Origin: Tubiluchus corallicola | Taxonomy: Eukaryota; Animalia; Priapulida | Length of the DNA: 64,000 nt | Direction of reading: 5' to 3' | Assembly (NCBI GenBank): GCA_030141605.1 | Contig: JAQGDQ010000671.1 | Location: forward strand, 51,336 to 115,335 | Shown here: one piece after another, positions 54,994-64,000 of the stretch | Position numbering within the stretch: position 1 is the first letter of the stretch | Layout: each line of letters opens with the position of its first letter | Notes under the pieces: generated by a model | The model's database searches: none | Seen by the model: the letters and a program-made list of their open reading frames with translations, nothing else | Told to the model about the DNA's origin: nothing | Position numbers and translations under genes: made by a program

Positions 54994-56316
54994 TAGGTTT
55001 TACACGTCAAATTTAGACACAGGAAAGTTCAAATGTTACTTAGGTAACTCAAATGTAGACATAGGAATTTCGAATGTGTTTTGGTAACTCAAATGTGACT
55101 TAGGTAAGTCAAATGTAGACATAGGAAAGTTCAAATGTTACTTAGGTAAGTCAAATGTAGACACAGGAAAGTTCAAATGTGACTTAGGTAAGTCAAATGT
55201 AGACACAGGAAAGTTCAAATGTGACTTAGGTAAGTCAAATGTAGACACAGGAAAGTTCAAATGTGACTTAGGTAAGTCAAATGTAGACACAGGAAAGTTC
55301 AAATGTGACTTAGGTAAGTCAAATGTAGACACAGGAAAGTTCAAATGTGACTTAGGTAAGTCAAATGTAGACACAGGAAAGTTTAAATGTGACTTAGGTA
55401 AGTCAAATGTAGACACAGGAAAGTTTAAATGTGACTTAGGTAAGTCAAATGTAGACACAGGAAAGTTCAAATGTGACTTAGGTATGTCAAATGTAGACAT
55501 AGGAAAGTTCAAATGTTACTTAGGTAACTCAAATGTAGACATAGGAATTTCGAATGTGTTTTGGTAACTCAAATGTGACTTAGGTAAGTCAAATGTAGAC
55601 ACAGGAAAGTTTAAATGTGACTTAGGTAAGTCAAATGTAGACACAGGAAAGTTTAAATGTGACTTAGGTAAGTCAAATGTAGACACAGGAAAGTTCAAAT
55701 GTGACTTAGGTATGTCAAATGTAGACATAGGAAAGTTCAAATGTGACTTAGGTAAGTCAAATGTAGACATAGGAAAGTTCAAATGTGACTTAGGTAAGTC
55801 AAATTTAGACACAGGAAAGTTCAAATGTGACTTAGGTAAGTTAAATGTAGACATAGGAATTTCGAATGCGTTTTGGTAACTCAAATGTGACTTAGGTAAG
55901 TCAAATGTAGATGCATTACTTTGAATAAATCGGTAATTAAGTTATTTAAGTGCAAATTAGAAAAAGATAAACCAAAGATAGTGCATCTATTACGCAAAGA
56001 TAGTAGGCCAATAACGTTGTTATTTTAACTTAGGAACAATTATTAAATTGAAATTAAAGAAGATTAAATTTAACATCCTTTAAACTTTACCTCCTGTCCA
56101 CATTTAAGATACCAATGTCACGTTTGACTTGACATGTGTCTACATTTGACTTACCAAAAACGCTTAAGATTTGTTGAAAACCATTGTTATCACATTTGAA
56201 CTACCAAAGTCTACATTTGAACTACCAAAGTCTACATTTGAGTTACCAAGACACATTTGAATTACCTAAATCTACATTTGAGTTAACGCAGGTCTACATT
56301 TGACATGTAAAACCTG
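54994..56316. mobile_element. TA-flanked foldback/MITE-type DNA element with a 42-bp (2x21-bp) tandem array in its left arm
   Basis: Left end TA|taggttttacacgtcaaatttagac and right end gtctacatttgacatgtaaaacctg|TA form about 25-bp TIRs. An array of gacttaggtaagtcaaatgtagacacaggaaagttcaaatgt spans about 55005-55910, and inverted 21-bp subunits lie at about 56110-56305. Confidence 0.8.
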
Positions 56317-56754
56317 TAGAAAACGCAGTAGGACCTTGTTACGCGAGACCACAGCTTGAGTGTAATGTATTTTAGTTTATTATTATCACATTCAGTACAA
56401 TATAATGACATTAAGCACACAGTGGCATCAAAATTATCATGTCATACTGTATCAAATTGTTATATTTCATACACTATCGTTATCATAAAAGAATAATTGT
56501 ACTGCAGTGGGGCTAGAGAAGCAAAGGCTTGTATAAGCCCACTGTCATCTGAACCAGATAAAAAAAGATTGGATGAGTGAACGAAAAAAACTGGGAGAAA
56601 GGTTAGATCACACAGGAAGGGTAGAAGGATGTTTTAGTGGAAATGGTAGGAAGAAAGATAATAGATTGTGCTATGTTGACATCAGCTCTAAAGATTCATC
56701 AATGATGCCTTGTTTTGCATAATCTGTATGCGATGTATCATGTACAGACACGTC

Positions 56755-57269
56755 TTAAAGGGAGGTTAAGACATATTTCAATATTCGCGAAAAATGTTGG
56801 AAGGATTTAGTAATAAAAGTGTGATAAGCGCCGCGTGTAATTAGCAAAATCACTTTAGAAAAGTGGCGATCACTTCACGCTTGGGCGCTCCCATTTTGAA
56901 TGTCCCCATTCCTCTCCACCAATGACGTCATTCAACTAAAAAAAGCAGCACGCTGTCAATTTCTGTCAAAAGTATACTAAGTTTCTACTAAAAATTAAAT
57001 AGCTGGTTTTACGTATGCTGCAGAAGTCTGAATTACTTTAAACAGCACGCGCTTACGGAAAACCACGATGTGCTTACGAAAAGTCACGAAGTTTCCCAGT
57101 TACGTCATGATTTTCAAGTGAGTGGCTACCACTGCGCCTGACAAAATTTTTATATACAGCAGCAGTATAAATTAACTTTATGCTTTAAAGACAGTTTTTT
57201 GCAAATTTCTTTGTTATATTTTAAAAGAAAACAAACCCAACATGCCGAAAGAGTTGTTCTTTCCTTTAA
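56755..57269 (+). mobile_element. TTAA-flanked non-autonomous DNA transposon family 2 (Kolobok-like)
   Basis: TTAAagggagg...tctttcctTTAA; co-linear with 60218-61109 and partly with 54360-54550. Confidence 0.7.
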
Positions 57270-57318
57270 AAATTCATTGTTCTTAGTGACACGGCGCAGT
57301 TTGGGCTTTGGTTTTCCT

Positions 57319-57913
57319 TTAAAGCAAAACCGGACCTAATCTTAAACTGCAGGTCAAAACAATCTACTCTTTAAAGTATTGAAAGGAAACATTCTATTTT
57401 TTCAAAAATGACTCACGTGAAAGAATAATTACCACACAAACACAACTTCACGTTCACGCCACTAGCATTTCGCCATTTGCTAGTTATATGGGCACTACCG
57501 CTTGCATTTCAAAAACGCATTGCACAAAAAACAGATACTGTACCTCTTATTTCAGATGTGTTCGTTTGTGATAAACTACACACGTTCGACAGCTCATGCG
57601 TGAGCACAGAAGTAAATTTAAAATGTGAATTTTATCTTAAAACTTGTGTAGTTTAAGTACACCACACTTAATCGCCTACAGTAGCACTGTACTTCAATTT
57701 TGACTTTCACAAATACGTGCAACACGCTCGTGCTGTTAAAAATTATGTTAGTTTGTGATGTCATCACTAGTTGGACTCGCCCGCCGTTAATTAAGTTTTT
57801 AATCTATTATTTAGTTATCAGAAACGCTTCTGCAATATTAATATTGTTAAAATGTATTATTTTGTTGGACTTGAAAACGGGATAGTATATAAAATCATCT
57901 TGTCTCCCTTTAA
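57319..57913 (+). mobile_element. TTAA-flanked non-autonomous DNA transposon family 1 (Kolobok-like)
   Basis: TTAAagcaaaacc...tgtctccctTTAA; homologous to 51627-52239 (inverted) and 8430-8791. Confidence 0.7.
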
Positions 57914-57979
57914 GAAAATTTGTTTACTGATCTTCTATTACCAGTCCTTAATATAGACTTAATATAAACTGCTCTGTAA

Positions 57980-58306
57980 TCTTTTTCTTCTTCCCAGCTT
58001 TTCCCTATTCGGGGTCGCCGTTGTGAGTGAGTCTTCTCCACGCATTCCTGTTGTTGACCATCTCTTCATTTATGTCTTCCCTTCCCACAAGATCTTCACC
58101 GACTCTTCTTTTCAGGTGTCCATACCATCGCAATCTTGCGAGGCTTCTACTACTTTTACTGTCCCTCTGATATTATTATTTCTAATTTTATCTCTTCTTG
58201 TTATTCCCACCATCCACCTCAACATCCTCATCTCCACCACACCCATTTTCTTCTCTTCGGTCTTCTTTAGAGAAGCTGCTTCCAGCCCATAGATTAGAGC
58301 CCATAG
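57980..58306 (-). mobile_element. 5'-truncated RTE-clade LINE insertion with a 16-bp target-site duplication
   Basis: LIYGLEA..LKKTEEKKMGVVEMRMLRWMVGITRRDKIRNNNIRGTVKV is the classic RTE ORF motif. It has a (GAA)-rich tail and is flanked by ATAAACTGCTCTGTAA at 57964-57979 and 58307-58322. Confidence 0.9.
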
Positions 58307-58559
58307 ATAAACTGCTCTGTAACACATGAGCTAAATAAACATGTCTTCATATAATACAATGAAGCCGTTAATCTGTAATACATGTGCTAATAAATCAGAT
58401 GCACTTAACCCACACTGGACATAACCTTGAATAATACATATGGGCTTCCTTTGGAGAAAGTGTATTCAGGTAATTAAGTGGCCAAATATAGACTGTTTTA
58501 TTAGAAACTGTACGTCTTCAGTCGTAACAAGCTTCTATATGAAACATAATAGCATATAG

Positions 58560-59790
58560 CTTTTATTTTCTATTCTTTTTTTTTTCTTATTCAAGCAAAT
58601 CCATGCTTCCATTTTCTTGCCCTTCCTTTTCATCTTTTTTACTTCTCTCTCTTTAGTTCCTTTGTCTTTCTGCTGTCTCTTTTCGTTTTTCCATTTTCTT
58701 GTCTTTCAATTTCTTTTCTCTTCTCTTATTTTCTTTTGTTTTCCTTTTTTCTCTCTTTTTCCTTTTCTTTTAATTTCTCTTCTCTTCACTCATTTTTTTC
58801 TTTTCGTTTTCTTTTCTTTTTTTTCTGTTTTTTTCTTTTCTTTTCCTTTCCGTTTCGTTTTTCCTTTTCTTTTCTTTCCTTTACTTTTGTCCCCCTTCTG
58901 TTCGTTCTGATCTCATCTCATCTCATTCTCTTTTCAATTCATTTTCTTTCTTTTTCCTTTCCATTTCTTCCTTTCCTTTCTTTCCTTCGTTTTTCCGATC
59001 TGTCTCTTTTTTCTCCTAAAGTTTTCTACTCTCCTTGCTTTCTCAACTTCACGAAGAGTTGGTATTTATTCGTCAGTTACTCTTCTTTTTTGATGGCTCC
59101 TAGTTTGCTTGATTGCTTGCTTGAATTCGTACTTGCTTACTTGTTTGTTTTCTTTCGTACTTGCTTGATTGTTTGTTAGCTTTCGTACTTGCTTGCTTGC
59201 TTTCGCTTGCTTATTTGTTTGCTTTCGTACTTGCTTGCTTCTTTGCTCTTGTACTTGCTTGAATGCTTACGCTAGCTTGTTTGTTCGCTTTCGTACTTGC
59301 TTGCTTGTTTCTTTCTTTCTTTCGTACGTATTAGCTTGTTTGTTTTCTATCGTACTTACTTGCTCGTTTGTTTTCTTTCGTACTTACTTGCCTGTTTGGT
59401 TTCTTTCGTACTTACCTGCCTGTTTGTTTTCTTTCGTACTTACTTGCTTGTTTGGTTTCTTTCGTACTTACTTGCCTGTTTGTTTTCCTTCGTACTTACT
59501 TGGTTGCTTGTTGTCTTTCATACTTGGTTGTTTGTTTTCTTTCGTACTTACGTGCCTGTTTGTTTTCTATCGTACTTACTTGCTTGTTTGGTTTCTTTCG
59601 TACTTACTTGCCTGTTTGTTTTCTTTCGTACTTACTTGGTTGCTTGTTGTCCTTCATATTTGGTTGTTTTTTTCGTACTTACTTGGTTGCTTGTTGTCTT
59701 TCATATTTGGTTGTTTTTTTCGTACTTACTTGCTTGCTTGTTTACTTTCGTACTTGCTTGCTTGTTTGTTTACTTTCCTACTTGCTTGCT
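58560..59790. repeat. Pyrimidine-rich low-complexity tract followed by a (tttctttcgtacttacttgcctgtttgt)-type minisatellite
   Basis: Direct sequence; source of the F/L/C-rich ORFs. Confidence 0.9.
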
Positions 59791-60217
59791 TGTGCACAAA
59801 ACAGTAATTAGTAATCGAGTCAGGTAATTCGTTAACTGTAACTTCACTTTCATTCATTACACACATTCACATTAACTGTTATGAAGTTTAAGCATCACAT
59901 GTGAAAAGAGACAATAATGTCTGCAGTAATTTCACCATCAAACAAGCACTGCTGAAAAGTGATAAAGCTGAAAAAGTGATAAAGCTACTTCGCTGGCTAC
60001 AATGATAGCAGCAGATCTTGATGGAAACTCATAAAACGCACTTTACTGCAATAGACTCTTCCGTGCAAACAGCTTTGATGTTGAGTATAGATTACAAAAC
60101 AACTTTTGCTGAAAAAAACCGTAGAAATTCTGTTCGCACGTTTAGCTACGTGATATCTGTAATATACTTATTTGTTTTAAGTGCCTTTATATCCCCCTCC
60201 CCTCATCCGTCCTTTAG

Positions 60218-61109
60218 TTAAAGGAAAGATCAAGCTTTCTGGGAAGTCTACCTTATTTCAAAGTTCACGAAAAATATCAGAAGGATTTAGTAATAAAGTG
60301 TGAAAAGCGTAATTAGTAAAATCATGTAACGTTTTGGCGCTCCCGTTTCTTCCACCAATGACGTCATTCGTTTGAAGAAAAGTGTTCATTCTTCCACCAA
60401 TGACGTCAATCGTCTGAAGAAAAGTGCTCATTCTTCCACCAATGACGTCAATCGTCTGAAGAAAAGTGCTCATTTATCCACCAGTGATGTCATTCGTATG
60501 AAGAAAAGTGCACGTTCTTCCACCAATGACGTCAATCGTCTGAAAAAAGTGCTCATTCTTCCACCAATGATGTCATTCGTATGAAGAAAAGTGCTCATAC
60601 TTCCACCAATGACGTCAATCGTCTGAAGAAAAGTGCTCATTCTTCCACCAATGACGTCAATCGTCTGAAGAAAAGTGCTCATTCTTCCACCAGTGCTGTC
60701 ATTCGTGTGAAGAAAAGTGCTCATTCTTTCTCCAATGACGTCGTTCAGCAACTGAAGGAAACCAGCTCACTGTCATTTCCGTCAAAGGCATAGTATGTTT
60801 TCATAAAAAATTAGATGGCTAATTTCGTGATATTTTGCATGAATGTTAGCTAAGGTGCAGAAGTTTGAACTAGCTTAAGCAGCATTAACTGACGTTATGA
60901 CGAAAGCTATCGAAGTCCACCAGTTACGTCATCAATTTCTAATGAATGGCAGTAACCACCACGCCTGTAAATTTCTATTTAGCGGTAGTATAAATTAACT
61001 TTATGTTTTAAAAACATTTTTTTGCAAATTTCTTTGTTATATTTTTCTAAGTTTAAGTGATAACAGTAAAATAAACCCAACATGCCAAGAGATTTGTCTT
61101 TCCTTTTAA
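60218..61109 (+). mobile_element. TTAA-flanked family-2 element containing a 10-unit 42-bp tandem array (60350-60760)
   Basis: Ends TTAAaggaaaga...tctttccttTTAA; the unit is ttccaccaatgacgtcaatcgtctgaagaaaagtgctcattc. The sister copy at 56755-57269 has the motif only once. Confidence 0.8.
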
Positions 61110-62194
61110 CCCAAAGAAACCAAAATATATTTAGTTTAGCCACGTGTAAATTGACAAAGGCTGAAATGTCAAATAAAAGCTAGAAGGGACATATACTTCA
61201 AGACTGATAAAATCCAACCGAGCCCGCCATATTCGACACTCGTCAAAAAGGACTTTTCACTCGTGTGGATTCTCATGTTAGACAAGCACTGAGTAAGATT
61301 CCTGTAGTACGTTCTCAGGGCCTGCATAGGTGAAATATCCACCCGTGAAACGTAACTGAAACTTTCACGCTTGAAACATAATCTTTTATAGATATTAAAT
61401 GTGTTAATAGAACAGTTCTGCACTTCCTAAACACTAACCACGTGTTCTCGGTCTCTCTTTGCTGAGCTATTTTTATCAAAAGCAGGAATGTTGTAATCAA
61501 ATTTATTTTGATTCAAAACGCTAAACGCATCGAATGGATGTTTCTACAAACATTAAATATCAGTTTTCAGCGTTGCATGCATTAGAAGCCATGTTTGATA
61601 CGCTGGAGACGGTGCTTCCCACCATAAATAATGATGGTTTACAAAACTTTTCCCGAAAATCTATTGGCTTCTAGTCGCTTGAAATAATAAAATATCAAAA
61701 ATACGTTTTGGTCATAAAAATTATCAACGTTATCTTAGGATAAACGTGGTTTAATAACAAAGGTTGGTTTTAGATGGACACAGTTCCCGTTTTCTCTTAA
61801 CTGGTTCCTTTATTCGTTTCCTTTTTTGTTTTCTTTATTCGTTTTCCTTTTTTGTTTTCTTTCTTCGTTTTCTCATTCTCATCTATCTTGTTAACGTATT
61901 TGCAATTGTCCACCCTTGTTTTGCCTTGCATTGAAATGTCTTTCCCTGTCCTGTCTTGCAGTCTTTCCCTGTCCTGTCTTTCCATGTCCTGTCTTGTCTT
62001 GCCTTGTGTTGCCTCCCCTCGCCTCGTCTCGTCTCGTCTCATTTCGTCTCGCCTTGTCTTGCCTTGTCTTGCCCTGTCTTGCCTCGTCTTGCCTTGTCTT
62101 GCCTTGTCTTGCCCTGTCTTGCTGTGACGCCGGGTTTTACTTGTTGGTTTTCTGTTCCTTATTTAAGCCAGATTTTCTTCAACAATTCCCAAAC

Positions 62195-62345
62195 TAGTAC
62201 TCCTAGCCGAGCGGTGAGGTAGTACACAGATGTTAGTAGTTTAGAAACTGAATAAGTTTCTCATAGGTACCTCTACGGGGCGTACCTTGAGATAAAAGAT
62301 GTGGGTTCGAATCACGAGTGGGATCTTAAGTGTCGGCCTTGAGTT
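62195..62345 (+). mobile_element. tRNA-derived SINE head / tRNA pseudogene-like sequence
   Basis: Pol III A-box TAGCCGAGCGG (62204-62214) and B-box GGTTCGAATC (62304-62313); no intact cloverleaf. Confidence 0.4.
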
Positions 62346-62347
62346 GC

Positions 62348-63212
62348 TGTTATTGTGTTTAGCTAACAAAGTGTGAACTATTCATAATATTTTCACTATT
62401 CAAATACCTTTTAAACGTTCACAAAGAAACGCACTCCAAGATACATATTTTGTGTATAAAGAACAATCAAAATTTAATTAACAAATTTGTGATGATATGA
62501 TCAAAAAGATAATTTTCAAAAGCAATCAGATAAATACGAGGCAAAACCCAACTAAAGATAAACAAATTAAATTCTAATACACTAGGTACTCACTAATTAC
62601 CCTTTCCCTGGGAGGTGCACCGAAAAACCTGTCCACGCTGAGATGGTTTACTGTCCATTAACGTCTTGGCATGCCACATAATCACTGGTGACGTCACTGG
62701 AAACGAAGTGTGCACTGTCCCGTCTATGAGGTAGGTGAGATGACATCGTGAATGGTTTAACTTTCTCAGAGGCTAGCGTCAGGTAAATTTATGCAGTGAT
62801 ATTCAGTCCAAACTTTCCACATGAACAGTAGTAACTCCATAACGGCTTAAGCAAATTATCCCCAGTATCCATTTGGCTGTAAACTCCGATGGTACACAAA
62901 ATGTATCACAACGTATCTAGACTGCTCGAAAACGTTACTGTCCTTTAACTGTAATCACAGCTATATATAATGCTAAATGCCAAACTGCAACACATTACAT
63001 AGTCTGCAGGTAACACGTACAGAGCAAACGTCTTTACTTCATAGCTATAGACGTGCCGACTGAAGCCGTCGAAATAAAACTAGTACGACAACCTGGTTTC
63101 CAAATTATGCACTTGTTGAAGGACAGGTGTGTGGCTTTCCCATCCCGCAGTACTTACAGTACCTATTCATAATACTAGGTAAACATTCATGTATAGTAAA
63201 CTGTTCATAACA
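62348..63212 (-). mobile_element. Putative 3' LTR of the Gypsy element
   Basis: A minus-strand polypurine tract aggaggggcgaa is directly followed by TGTTATG at 63212. A matching ...ATAACA end occurs at 62348, but this distal boundary is uncertain. Confidence 0.5.
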
Positions 63213-63452
63213 TTCGCCCCTCCTAAGAGAGTATCTGCATGAGAGTGTAACTAGCATCAGATACTCAAAAGATACTCCAAGTATATGGGCATATATTTAA
63301 AAAAATGGTGCTAGTGGGTGCAAATGCATTGCAGTGCAACCTATTTTACGTGTGAGTGCACCCTCAACAGGGCCATACTGAGAAATATTTGTGTCTCCAT
63401 CAAAAATCACTTCTGCACGGTTGGCAGATTAAATCTCAAAGACCAAGTTGAT

Positions 63453-64000
63453 CTATATGCGTGATAGTGCATCAGCTGGGAGGTTTTGTTTTCCCGGGCG
63501 ATAAATAACATCAAAACTATAGTTTTGGAGAAGCAAATTCCATCTTGCTATTCTCCTGTTTTGGTTTGCCATTTTGTGTAAGTATGTGAGGGGAGCATGG
63601 TCTGTCCTCACTGAAAACTGTCTGCCTTCAAGGTAATAATTAAGCTTGCCAATAGCATAAACTATGGCCAAAAGTTCCAGCTCAATTGTTGAGTAATTTT
63701 GCTCAGACTTTGTAAGTTTGCGGCTGAGATAGGTGATAGGGGCTTCCTCTCCTGGCGTCAATTCTTGACTAAGAATGGCCCCAATGCCTGAACCAGAAGC
63801 ATCTGTACTGACAATGAATGGCTTACTGAAGTCGGGACTATGCAAAACACAGTCGGACAAAAGAAAATCACGAAGAGTGACAAAACTTTTCTCGCACTCT
63901 TCAGTCCATTGGACTTTGTTTGGGGCAGTTTTCTGTGTAAGAGAAAACAAAGGTAGAGCTTTTTCACTAAATTGGGGAATGAATCTTTTATAAAAACCAA
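63453..64000 (-). mobile_element. Ty3/Gypsy LTR retrotransposon pol 3' end (RT connection plus RNase H), continuing beyond the window
   Basis: VQWTEECEKSF..L...VLHSPDFSKPFIVSTDASGSGIGAILSQ...YLSRKL..SEQNYSTIELELLAIV...TDHAPL...RWNLLLQNYSFDVIYRPGKQNLPADALSR. A frameshift lies near 63950. Confidence 0.95.

Noticed and set aside
55005-55910. CRISPR-like appearance of the regular 42-bp arrays (also 60350-60760)
   Set aside because: The units are head-to-tail with no unique spacers, there are no cas genes, the context is eukaryotic, and both arrays sit inside TIR-bounded elements.

Overview
AT-rich, intron-containing eukaryotic (invertebrate-animal-like) genomic DNA with many microsatellites and decayed transposons; there is no prokaryotic gene organisation and no CRISPR array. 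By manual splicing I could build six intact-looking genes: two tandem 3-exon gustatory-receptor-like genes (minus strand, 1.5-12.1 kb), a divergent Cys/His-rich NIPSNAP-like gene (plus, 15.9-18.6 kb), a TMEM276-like gene (minus, 19.5-20.1 kb), and two tandem 5-exon paralogs encoding 216-aa secreted proteins with laminin-G/ConA-like motifs (minus, 23.9-37.8 kb). There are also two probable pseudogenes (BTB-BACK-PHR-like and makorin-like), LINE fragments (CR1/L2-like, RTE), TTAA- and TA-flanked non-autonomous DNA transposons with internal tandem arrays, and the 3' end of a Gypsy (probably Gmr1-type) LTR retrotransposon. The most unusual structure is an inverted pair of hammerhead-ribozyme-like cassettes directly after the stop codon of one secreted-protein gene: the core is intact in the antisense copy and broken in the sense copy. 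All family assignments come from motif recognition by eye, not database searches.
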